Origin: a virus
Lineage: Duplodnaviria; Caudoviricetes
Length of the DNA: 40,974 nucleotides
IMG/VR virus record: IMGVR_UViG_3300004241_000009
Span: 1-40,974 of that record
Direction: 5' to 3' (one strand)
Below are positions 8,997-17,175 of this stretch, piece by piece. Made by a program: the position numbers and the translations under genes. The stretch's first letter is position 1, and the number at the start of each line of letters is the position of its first letter. The notes under the pieces are model-generated. The model had not been told where the DNA came from and ran no database searches. It saw only the letters and a program-made list of their open reading frames with translations.

Positions 8997-11900
8997 TCTC
9001 CGCTCACTTCTACCATAGAGGTTAAGGAAAGGATATTAAAAGGCGAGGGGTCTCCGTGATAAACACGCACTTTCAGCGTCTCAAGGAATGAGCTATTGAT
9101 GTGGTTCACGCCTGTCTTCCCGGTGAATCCCGCCCCTGATTGAGTGTCATTGATGGTGGTGTATTCGATTGCTTTCATTTGAGCCGGAGTTAATTCCGTG
9201 GATGAAATCGTGCCACCAAAAGAATCATACAGATTTAAATCGGCACGGTTAATCCGCAGTTTACGCGCTTGGCTTGGCCCTGTTTGAAGGGGAACCTCAA
9301 GGGCCATTGTCTCAATAGTGGAGCCGTAAGCAAGTCCCATCCAGCCGGATTTATTTGGTATGTCTCCCGTCACAAAAGCGGCGGTTGTCGATGTGATAGT
9401 GACCTCGTATGCAATTCCATCATCTGCAAAGAATGAGAAAAACTCACCGCCATCTATATTTTGTAGTCCTGTAAACTCGGTGCGGCCATTCCCGGCGTTA
9501 TATACGCCAGTTGCCCTAACTCCACGATCTACAAAACAACGGTTCACTGCACTTGTGTCTTCTCCAGACGGCCCGAAGTAACGCTTAAATGTCCCAGGGT
9601 GAAGGCGGCTTATAAAGAAATCATTTCCAACCCACAATTCATCAGAGTCAGCCCCGTAAATAACAGCAAGGGTGGTTGGAATATCCAAAATGAAATGGCT
9701 TGCCCAAGCCGTAATTGATTGCTCTCTGTTGTAAGAGAAGCTGATAACCTCATTTCCGTTCACCATCCAAAGAATCGGCTCAGGCGTGGCTGTATAGGCC
9801 ATCTGCGTAACGCCTTGGTTCATGATGTGTTCTGCGAAGATTGTTAAATCTGGCGCATCGAATCCGTCTTTTTGGAAGTTGTAAGCAAACTCGCGAAGTT
9901 TTGCCCCTCCGCGCTGAATCCATAGCAAGGCATCGCCTGTAAGCTGCGGAGCCATGCCATTAGAACCGAAGCGAGTGCGACGACGAGCGCGGATATTGGT
10001 TGGAGTGAGAGCGGAATCAACCTCCCCGCTGTCAATCGTCCATTCGTCTCCCGTGGTGGAGATGACGAGAGCGCGGTTAAAACTCGCCATCCACTGGATT
10101 GAATTGGATTCGATAGCTGCCAGCGTGAGGTCTAGCCCATCCGTGTCGAGGGTGCCCGTTAGGTAGATGTAAAAATCCTCAACGTGAGATGCCCACATAC
10201 GGGCAGGATGTGAGGCGGTCCCGCCCCACCAGAGACGCGAGTCATGGAAGGAGACGGCGCGAGGGTAGCCGTTAGTCTCCGAGAACGCAGGCTTTCGGAA
10301 GATGGATGTGGAAACACCAATCACCACCGGGGGAGGCAGCTGGTCGGCTGGCATCTGGATGTTGCCCAGAACCTTCTTCGCTTCCTCGTAAGAGGTGATC
10401 TTGAACGGCAGTTTAATGACAGATGAACTCGCCTCGATCTTGATACGGGTGATAGCCGTCGAGTTGGTAGTGGCCTTCGCGCTGATTCGATACCATGCGC
10501 CAGTAGGAGGAGCTTCGCCGGAATAGCTGATATTACCTTCCTTAGCGTTGAGCTGCGTGAACTGGCGAACAAGCGACCACACCACACCGTCTAAAGACTC
10601 CTCGATAGAGATGGTGCCGCGCATAGCATCGCCATCGTTCCATGTGGAAGAAACGCTGTAGCCACCCTGGATAAAGAGCGGGTTGTTCTCGGTGCTTGTT
10701 GGCGATCCAACAGCAGGAGTTTGGATGTCAGCGACAATGCCACCCACCCCGAACTCAAGTAGCCAGACCGTGCCCACGTCGTCAGCGGTGAAAAGATCGT
10801 CGGTGGCGAACAAGGCAAAGCCTAAGCCCGCAAGGTCTGTGTCAGAGGCAGAGATACGCCAGTAACGCGCCCAGCCTGTGGAGACTTCCGGTTTGTTGCC
10901 CTGCGTGAGAGTTACGCCCGGTTTGCCGTAGGTCGGAGCCGCGCTCTTATGCGTGCGTAAACACTCGTAAATCTTCTTGCCGTAGCGAACCTTTGTCCCC
11001 TGCGTGTAAGCGGTGTTGACCGCCCAAGAGGCAATCTTGATGCTGCTTGTCCCCTCGTTCCAGAATCCGCGCCAGTTGGTGCCGATACCCGGCTCATCGT
11101 TGGCTGTGGTCGCTGGGTTGTAGGCCGTGTGGCAGGTAAAGACCTGGTTGCTGTATTCGTTGGGATTTGCTGATCCTGGAATATCCACCGCCGTGACTCG
11201 ATAGCCCACCGTGTAGCCGCCATTTAGAATAAGAGTCCAGTAGGTGGCGGTGTTTGCGCCGATTCCAGGCTCGTCTGCCGCTGCGGAAGTGTGGCCAAGG
11301 ATACACTCGAATACGTCACCTTGAGCCGTGCCTGTGATGCCATGCACTCGGTCCCCGGCTTGGTATGGAGTCGCTGTCACCCAAGGCACGCCAAAAGCCG
11401 GGATACCATCAAACTGCACCTGCACGTTGGTCCGCTCCTCGTTCACATCCAAGACAGGGGCAAACTCGAAAGGCACGTCCTGAAACGTCCAGTTAATCAC
11501 GCCAAGACGGCTTAACCTCTTCGGGTAATGGTTAGGATGAGCGATGAAAAGAACGTCGTTTAGCTGAGTGAATTGCAGGTCGAATATCTCATCGGAGGCG
11601 TAAGGCGTGGCAATCTCAAAGAGGAAGTAATTCGGTGTGCTGCTTTCCGTCATCTCATGCCAGAAAGCGGCATCAGCAGCAAAAGTGGTGGATGGATAAT
11701 GGTCCGTTTTACACCAGTAGATCCCGCCCGCGTTCTCCACCAAGTCGCCAATCTGGTAATCTTCAATCTCCGCCCAATAGATAGCCCAATCATCGCCCAC
11801 CCCCGGCTCATCTGTCGCGCTGGATGTGTGAGATTGCAGGCAGCGGAAGACGATTCCCTTGTTTGTTCGGCGTGTGTTTACGCTGTATGGAGTTGCTGTC

Positions 11901-12262
11901 ACCCATGCGCCACTGCTTGCACTGCCCACCCAATCGTCAACATCATCGTTCACTACAAGCAAGGGCCCTGGCGTGTCTCCACCGATCCAAAAGCGAATGT
12001 AGCTATCGCCAAACTCCATCATATAGTTTGTCTCCGTGCTGCGCTTGAAGCCGTGCAGACGATATGGATCAAAGCCTTTGGGCCTACCAACAAACTGAGT
12101 CCCAGGCCGCTTAAATGCTCCACCATGCACGCGAGGTAAGAAGTTGTCCATGATGGCACAGCCTCCAGAATAGATAGCAGCGTCAACGCGGCCCTCTAAG
12201 AGCGGGCTTAACTCGCCACTGTTAAAGGAGTTTTTCAGGAGATGAACGGCAGTGGTGGCCAT
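8993..12262 (-). CDS. Tail nozzle / tail tubular protein B (T7 gp12-like) with five inserted CBM5/12-like modules
   Basis: N-terminus SFNSGELSPLLEGRVD...NF...GGAFKRPGTQFV, plus TQLNDVLFIAHPNHYP, GYPRAVSFHDSRLWWGG and APDLTIFAEH, are hallmarks of this family. Confidence 0.88.
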   Translation of the reverse strand: MATTAVHLLKNSFNSGELSPLLEGRVDAAIYSGGCAIMDNFLPRVHGGAFKRPGTQFVGRPKGFDPYRLHGFKRSTETNYMMEFGDSYIRFWIGGDTPGPLLVVNDDVDDWVGSASSGAWVTATPYSVNTRRTNKGIVFRCLQSHTSSATDEPGVGDDWAIYWAEIEDYQIGDLVENAGGIYWCKTDHYPSTTFAADAAFWHEMTESSTPNYFLFEIATPYASDEIFDLQFTQLNDVLFIAHPNHYPKRLSRLGVINWTFQDVPFEFAPVLDVNEERTNVQVQFDGIPAFGVPWVTATPYQAGDRVHGITGTAQGDVFECILGHTSAAADEPGIGANTATYWTLILNGGYTVGYRVTAVDIPGSANPNEYSNQVFTCHTAYNPATTANDEPGIGTNWRGFWNEGTSSIKIASWAVNTAYTQGTKVRYGKKIYECLRTHKSAAPTYGKPGVTLTQGNKPEVSTGWARYWRISASDTDLAGLGFALFATDDLFTADDVGTVWLLEFGVGGIVADIQTPAVGSPTSTENNPLFIQGGYSVSSTWNDGDAMRGTISIEESLDGVVWSLVRQFTQLNAKEGNISYSGEAPPTGAWYRISAKATTNSTAITRIKIEASSSVIKLPFKITSYEEAKKVLGNIQMPADQLPPPVVIGVSTSIFRKPAFSETNGYPRAVSFHDSRLWWGGTASHPARMWASHVEDFYIYLTGTLDTDGLDLTLAAIESNSIQWMASFNRALVISTTGDEWTIDSGEVDSALTPTNIRARRRTRFGSNGMAPQLTGDALLWIQRGGAKLREFAYNFQKDGFDAPDLTIFAEHIMNQGVTQMAYTATPEPILWMVNGNEVISFSYNREQSITAWASHFILDIPTTLAVIYGADSDELWVGNDFFISRLHPGTFKRYFGPSGEDTSAVNRCFVDRGVRATGVYNAGNGRTEFTGLQNIDGGEFFSFFADDGIAYEVTITSTTAAFVTGDIPNKSGWMGLAYGSTIETMALEVPLQTGPSQARKLRINRADLNLYDSFGGTISSTELTPAQMKAIEYTTINDTQSGAGFTGKTGVNHINSSFLETLKVRVYHGDPSPFNILSLTSMVEVSGE

Positions 12263-12264
12263 AA

Positions 12265-13101
12265 TTAACGAATGGAGAAAGGAGAGCGGAGGCCGCGGCG
12301 AGCTAGAACAGTGGGGGAATCATAATCAGGATCAAGGGAGCGGCCTTTGCCCTGCCTTGAATCACGCCCCATCGCTTTCGATAAAAACACCTTCTCATAA
12401 TACTCCCGCATCTGCAAAGCCTGCCCAGCGGGTCCGGTGAGGTCTTGAGCAATGTAGGATGCGAGGAGGAAAGAGAATGCGTTAATGAACGTCTGTGGCC
12501 AATTCGTGGTCATCTCCTCGCGGAAAGTATAGGTCATCTCTAAGAGGTTTTCATCCATCAGGAGTAGCCCGCCTTCAATCGAGTAAGGCACAGAATCCTC
12601 CTCGTTGCCCTCAAGTCCATTCACTTTACGAACCGCAATAAAGTCAGAGGGCAGCGTGAATTGACGGCTGAGGCCGAAAACAGGAATCTTCACAAACTTA
12701 CCCGTTGATGCCGTGTAAGTGCCAGCAAAAACAGAGTCGTCGAGGGTAAAGAAGTCGTCATCTATGCGGGTGATGATCCATTGGCCGTTAGCGTTTGGCG
12801 TGCCTTCAACTTCTGAAATGTCCACTCGGTCGCCAGTTACAAGGCCGTGAGCTGTGTAATTGAGGAGAAACAAGCCGCCGCTATCACTAACTCCTGACGC
12901 ACCAAGGCTTAAGTAAACCGTTTCGGCTCTATGCCGCTTCATTGCGAAGTTCCAAGGATGCGCTCCCAAGCACTCATCACGGGCAGCATCGAACCATTTC
13001 CGGCAGCTAATAGCCTGCGTGGTTATATCCGTGGCGAGAACTGACAAGGGCCTCCCCCCGATATGGGAGATAGCAAGATTGGCGATTTCTGTTTCGGTCA
13101 T
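12265..13101 (-). CDS. Tail adaptor / tail tubular protein A (T7 gp11-like)
   Basis: TETEIANLAISHIG, RDECLGAHPWNFA, FTLPSDF, YSIEG and F.NAFSFLLASYIAQDLTG motifs; directly upstream of the nozzle gene. Confidence 0.88.
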   Translation of the reverse strand: MTETEIANLAISHIGGRPLSVLATDITTQAISCRKWFDAARDECLGAHPWNFAMKRHRAETVYLSLGASGVSDSGGLFLLNYTAHGLVTGDRVDISEVEGTPNANGQWIITRIDDDFFTLDDSVFAGTYTASTGKFVKIPVFGLSRQFTLPSDFIAVRKVNGLEGNEEDSVPYSIEGGLLLMDENLLEMTYTFREEMTTNWPQTFINAFSFLLASYIAQDLTGPAGQALQMREYYEKVFLSKAMGRDSRQGKGRSLDPDYDSPTVLARRGLRSPFSIR

Positions 13102-13108
13102 GACTTGT

Positions 13109-13148
13109 AAAAATAAGGCCCCTGGTAGTCATCACTCTACCAGGGGCC
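13109..13148 (-). terminator. Rho-independent terminator after the capsid decoration gene
   Basis: 12-bp perfect stem GGCCCCTGGTAG/CTACCAGGGGCC (13117-13148) followed by TTATTTTT on the minus strand. Confidence 0.8.
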
Positions 13149-13181
13149 AGGGTTGTTTGCAACCTCAACAGGGGCCAACAC

Positions 13182-13640
13182 TTAGCCCAAGGTGTATGCG
13201 ATATGGAACGTCAGCACGCTTTCGGTGGTGATCGTCTCAGTCGCGACAGTGGCATAAACAAGCGTCTCATCGGTCAGCTTGTCAGGCGTGAGAGCCTGGG
13301 CGCACAGATTCGTATCAAAACGAACCGGAGCAGCGGCAGCACTTGCACCAATGTCAATGCCATCAGCGTAGGCGTCCGGGTTGGTGGAGATGCCAATGTC
13401 CAGAGTGCAAGCACCCGGATCAACGGAGGGCTGAACTGTGCAGAGGCTTGGAATGACGCGAGCACCAATCGGCAGATAGCAGATATTCAGCAACTCGGCA
13501 GCGGATGCCGTGGAAGGCAGCGTCACCTTAGCGTGAATGTAACGAACATCGCCGCCGTAGTCGCGGAGGTTAGGGGCAGCGGCCAGATTGGTGATAGCGG
13601 CGAGCTGGGCAGTGTAGAGAGCGGAGGAATAGTCAGCCAT
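13182..13640 (-). CDS. Capsid decoration/cement protein (putative)
   Basis: 152-aa beta-rich protein with LPIGARV and TLDIG motifs, directly after the major capsid gene. Confidence 0.6.
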   Translation of the reverse strand: MADYSSALYTAQLAAITNLAAAPNLRDYGGDVRYIHAKVTLPSTASAAELLNICYLPIGARVIPSLCTVQPSVDPGACTLDIGISTNPDAYADGIDIGASAAAAPVRFDTNLCAQALTPDKLTDETLVYATVATETITTESVLTFHIAYTLG

Positions 13641-13672
13641 AATCGTGGAGTCTTAGCGGTTGAAAGGAGGGT

Positions 13673-13703
13673 TAAAGAGAGGCGGCTTTTACACCGCCCC
13701 TCT
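13673..13703 (-). terminator. Hairpin after the major capsid gene (weak terminator or stabiliser)
   Basis: Stem AGAGGGGCGG/CCGCCTCTCT with a short T tail. Confidence 0.5.
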
Positions 13704-13711
13704 AAGTGGGG

Positions 13712-14617
13712 TTATGCTGGGGACTGGTCGCAAAGGATACGGACAATCTTCTTGTCTTCCGTGCGGACTGCGCCGCAGCGATAGACCATGCGGAGCTGCT
13801 TGGAGTGCCGCTTGGTTGGCAGGATGTCCACGTGAGCCTCGCGGCCCCCGTCAACAAACTTGATACCTTCGCGGTGGTAGGCGAACGCAGAGCGAACGTC
13901 GGTCCCGGTGTTGAGAGGCAGGCCCTCATAACGCAGGAATGTGAAGCCAGCGAACTTGTTAATCACGCCGTCCACAAGGCCCTTGACCTGCATGTAGTCA
14001 CCAGAGGTGATCTTGTCCACCAGGAGCATATCCTGCAGCTGCTGGGCAGAGGTCACGAAGTAACGGCCATCATCAGGAACTTCGTTGGAGTCCATGATAT
14101 ACTTGGCGCGGAGGATCTTCGCGAGGGTCAGGCCAGAGTTGGCGGGCGTTCCAGAAGGAACATAGTTCACAGCAACTTCCTGGGTGGAAGCACCGTTGAA
14201 CGCTTCGGACTCATTGCCAAGCTCGCCAATGATGCGCGTGCCGTCGAATGCCTGCGTAATCACCGCGTCTTGAGTGCGGTTAGAGGCATACACAGCGGAG
14301 CGCATTTCATCAGAATCAGGCAGGGCAATCTTGCCCAGGTTGATCTGGTCGTGTTCACCCCAAACGCGAACAAACTCGAAGGCGCGGCGGAACACCCAAT
14401 ATTTGAGGCCCGTGCTGTCACCGTCAGGAGTGTCACCCTTGCGAGTGGTGATTTCCGTCATGGTGGCAACGTCGAGTTGGTTATACCACTTGCGAGCACC
14501 GTCAATGGTGTCTTTCTGAACGGAGCCGCCAAGGCGGGAATCCATCTGCTGGGAAAGGTGTTCCCAATTCGTTGCGAAGTCGGTCGTAAAATAAGCGGGG
14601 ATTTGAAGAGAAGGCAT
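13712..14617 (-). CDS. Major capsid protein (BPP-1-like podovirus type)
   Basis: 301 aa with FATNWEHLSQQMDSRL, GLTLAKILRAK, SGDYMQVKGLVDG.INKFAGFTF and GAVRTED motifs; located after the scaffold gene. Confidence 0.9.
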   Translation of the reverse strand: MPSLQIPAYFTTDFATNWEHLSQQMDSRLGGSVQKDTIDGARKWYNQLDVATMTEITTRKGDTPDGDSTGLKYWVFRRAFEFVRVWGEHDQINLGKIALPDSDEMRSAVYASNRTQDAVITQAFDGTRIIGELGNESEAFNGASTQEVAVNYVPSGTPANSGLTLAKILRAKYIMDSNEVPDDGRYFVTSAQQLQDMLLVDKITSGDYMQVKGLVDGVINKFAGFTFLRYEGLPLNTGTDVRSAFAYHREGIKFVDGGREAHVDILPTKRHSKQLRMVYRCGAVRTEDKKIVRILCDQSPA

Positions 14618-14640
14618 AAGAATGCGGTAGTGAGAGAATT

Positions 14641-14766
14641 GCTGGCAAGTGTTCTAGAGTCGTTAGAACTGCCGGGTGATCCCATCTCACGGGTATCTTC
14701 ATGCGAAGGCCGTTTGTGCGGGTGACTTCGCGGGTGTCCCTATTGGGGCCGCTATGACTCGCCGCC
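14641..14766 (-). ncRNA. Structured 5' leader of the capsid mRNA with repeated bulged hairpins
   Basis: Two hairpins share the design NCGG-C-stem-4nt loop-stem-AYAC-CCGN (14730-14752 and 14689-14713). YACCCG occurs four times, and there is a further GTTCTA/TAGAAC hairpin. Confidence 0.55.
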
Positions 14767-14795
14767 ATTTAATGCGACAAATCTCAGTATGTCAA
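14767..14795 (-). promoter_or_regulatory. Sigma70-like promoter for the capsid gene
   Basis: TTGACA (14795-14790), 17-nt spacer, TTAAAT (14772-14767). Confidence 0.65.
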
Positions 14796-14834
14796 AACAA
14801 AAACACGCTGAGAACGTAAAAAGTCCCCAGCGTG
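14796..14834 (-). terminator. Terminator after the scaffold gene, abutting the capsid promoter
   Basis: CACGCTG/CAGCGTG stem followed by TTTTTGTTTT, whose last Ts form the TT of TTGACA. Confidence 0.6.
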
Positions 14835-14851
14835 CCTTGAGTGTGTGGCGA

Positions 14852-15808
14852 TTAGCCTCGATTGCCTCGAAGGGCGTTGATGTGCGCAAGGGCAGCATTT
14901 TGATGCTGCGGGCCTAACTTATTGTGATAGGCCGCATACCAGGGATTAGCCGGGTTGCTCATCACGTCCCGAACTGCGTCTTCACCGTGTAGGCTGGTCG
15001 AGGGGCCGCTAGGATCAATCAACTTATCCTCCTTGAAGGCAGAGGAGAAGTTAAGCAGGAGCTTGAGCACCTTTGGATTGTTGGCAATTTCAGGGTCTGA
15101 GATGTCGCCGCCACCCTTGAGCACCAAGCCTTTAACAGTCTCGATGTTCTTGGAGAAGTTGTCGCCCCATTCGGTTTTAAGCTGCGTCTCAGCCTGGGCG
15201 CGAACCTCGGCAATTTTCCCTTGGCCCGCTTGAAGCATGGACTGCTTCTGAGCCATGTCGTATTCGGCGAGCTTGCTGGCCTGATAAGGAGTCAGGTTGA
15301 GGTCATGAGCGACCTTGGCAAAGTTTTTCACCGCCCCCTCATCCCATTGCATTCCTTCGGGCAGGTTCTCAGGCTTGTCGAACTTGTAGCCGTCGGGAGT
15401 TTCAGGCGCGCCAATGGTCTTGCGCCATTTAGCAATCTCTTCAGGCTTGGCGTCTGGCAGCGGAGGTTTAATCTCCTGTCGCTGACCGAGAAGTTGAGCC
15501 TTGCCTAGATGGCCAAGCAAAAGCTGCTCAGGGTCAGCATACTTGCCGAACTCATTCTTTGCAGGCTTGAGCGCATCAGGCAGGCCATCCGTCCAGTTTG
15601 GCTTAAACTTGCCATCCTCGCCAATAACTGAACGGAAGTCGAATTTGCTTGCGGCTCCCTCGTCTTGCTGCCCGTCGGTGGATGCGGGTGGTGTTTGCTG
15701 CGTGTTCTGCTGCGATTGCCCGCCGGATGATAGCAGAGTGTCGCCGCCGCCGCCGTTAGATGTGCCTGCGTCGCTTTCGCCTTCTCGGAGTGTTGGATAC
15801 TGTTTCAT
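14852..15808 (-). CDS. Capsid scaffolding/assembly protein
   Basis: Low-complexity acidic N-terminus, W.DGLPD, GAPETPDGY, AHDLNLTPYQA and LKTEWG motifs; lies between portal and capsid. Confidence 0.8.
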   Translation of the reverse strand: MKQYPTLREGESDAGTSNGGGGDTLLSSGGQSQQNTQQTPPASTDGQQDEGAASKFDFRSVIGEDGKFKPNWTDGLPDALKPAKNEFGKYADPEQLLLGHLGKAQLLGQRQEIKPPLPDAKPEEIAKWRKTIGAPETPDGYKFDKPENLPEGMQWDEGAVKNFAKVAHDLNLTPYQASKLAEYDMAQKQSMLQAGQGKIAEVRAQAETQLKTEWGDNFSKNIETVKGLVLKGGGDISDPEIANNPKVLKLLLNFSSAFKEDKLIDPSGPSTSLHGEDAVRDVMSNPANPWYAAYHNKLGPQHQNAALAHINALRGNRG

Positions 15809-15823
15809 GAGGTTGTGTGATGA

Positions 15824-16387
15824 TTAAGACTCGTAGAATTCGCCGGGTAGTTTGGTGCTTTGTTTGGGTGTTGGATCGAGGGAGTATTTGCGCCCACCGT
15901 ATTGGATCTCGAATTCTTCTGGCGTGGCGTGCTGCTTGAACCAACGGATGAACGCGGGCGTCTTGTCGCCTTCGGGCCCCATCGGCGGAGGCGTGGGAAT
16001 CTCGCCTTTGCTCGCACGCTCAAGAATCCACTCAAGGGCAGGGCGCGGAGGGCGTCCGGGTTGCACGATGTCGTCGGTTTTGACGATGGCGGCGGGTGAT
16101 GGGATCGGCGCAAAAGGGGCGTGTGGGGTAATCGTAAGGCCAAGAGCGGCGGCTTGCGCTTGTAGCTGATCAAGCGTTACCGCCACGAAAGGCTCAGGGA
16201 ATTCAACCTTTTTCGGGGCTTCCACAAGCTGGGCCACAAATTGCAGGTTTGGATTACCAGCCTCTTTGCGGATCCGCCCCTTCACCACTCCGCCAACTGG
16301 CGCGTGATGGGTCATGGTATCGCCGTCAATGCGGCCTAGTTCTTCGCCGTCTTTTAGGACGACTCCTTCGGGTGTGATGCTAATCAT
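15824..16387 (-). CDS. Hypothetical protein
   Basis: 187 aa, tightly packed in the head operon. Confidence 0.65.
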   Translation of the reverse strand: MISITPEGVVLKDGEELGRIDGDTMTHHAPVGGVVKGRIRKEAGNPNLQFVAQLVEAPKKVEFPEPFVAVTLDQLQAQAAALGLTITPHAPFAPIPSPAAIVKTDDIVQPGRPPRPALEWILERASKGEIPTPPPMGPEGDKTPAFIRWFKQHATPEEFEIQYGGRKYSLDPTPKQSTKLPGEFYES

Positions 16388-16393
16388 AGTGTT

Positions 16394-16660
16394 TTAGTCG
16401 GATTTGTTGGCCTTGAGGATTTGCTTGTGAATGTGGGCAATCACTTGGCGGTGGCCATCTCGGCAGGCTGCCGCGTGTGGATTGAAGCCCTCGGACGAAA
16501 GGAATGAAGGCGAGAATGGATTGAATTCAATCTGAATATCCTGCTCAAAGATAAGCTTAAACTCAGGGGAATCTGCAATCACCTGCCAAGCGTGCTTTAG
16601 CTGCCGCTTACGCTCCTGGGCATCAGCTTCCCGTTGCTTCTGTTTCTCTTCGGGAGTCAT
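16394..16660 (-). CDS. Small head-module protein (Bbp19-like)
   Basis: 88 aa with NPHAAACRDGHRQVI (A..DG.R.V) motif, between portal and scaffold. Confidence 0.6.
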   Translation of the reverse strand: MTPEEKQKQREADAQERKRQLKHAWQVIADSPEFKLIFEQDIQIEFNPFSPSFLSSEGFNPHAAACRDGHRQVIAHIHKQILKANKSD

Positions 16661-16920
16661 AGCTTTTTAGTGAGGAGTTGAGCCACGGTGTTGGTGAAGC
16701 GTTTGAAGTAGGTATCGGCTAGCTCCAGGGCACATTCTTCGTCAGCATCGGCAGGCAGCGCCACGCAATCGCGGAACGTCCGGCTTTTGAATTTCAGGAT
16801 AAATTGAAACCGAACGACGCCTTGCTTGAAAGCGTTCAGAACCTGCCCTCTTACAAGGGCAAGTTTGGAGTGTTCATCCAGCGTGATGACACAATGGTTG
16901 TCTTTGAATTGGCGGCTCAC
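16657..16920 (-). CDS. Hypothetical protein
   Basis: 87 aa with 4-nt overlaps to both neighbours. Confidence 0.6.
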   Translation of the reverse strand: MSRQFKDNHCVITLDEHSKLALVRGQVLNAFKQGVVRFQFILKFKSRTFRDCVALPADADEECALELADTYFKRFTNTVAQLLTKKL

Positions 16921-17162
16921 GCAAGATGATTGGTGATATGGTTGATAACCTCGCTTCTACTCATCCATTTATGGACCGGATGCCAAGTGTCCACAAATTT
17001 GTGAATGTTAGCTTTTTCAAGTTTTTTAAATTGGTCGCGAAGATCCCAACGATCCACAATGCCAATGAAAATTCCTGTCGCACAGAATACCGTAGCCATA
17101 ATAGCATGCCTTTTGTTAGGCAGCATATCCAAATCAAGTCTAGTGATGGTGTTGCGTTTCAT
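16917..17162 (-). CDS. Hypothetical protein
   Basis: 81 aa, ATCATCACATCATC leader before ATG, coupled to the next gene. Confidence 0.6.
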   Translation of the reverse strand: MKRNTITRLDLDMLPNKRHAIMATVFCATGIFIGIVDRWDLRDQFKKLEKANIHKFVDTWHPVHKWMSRSEVINHITNHLA

Positions 17163-17175
17163 GATGATGTGATGA

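Noticed and set aside
10859-11932. DGR template/variable repeat pair or CRISPR-like array
   Set aside because: The repeats are short, in-frame protein modules without A-specific mismatches. I saw no reverse transcriptase, cas gene or regularly spaced repeat array anywhere in the window.
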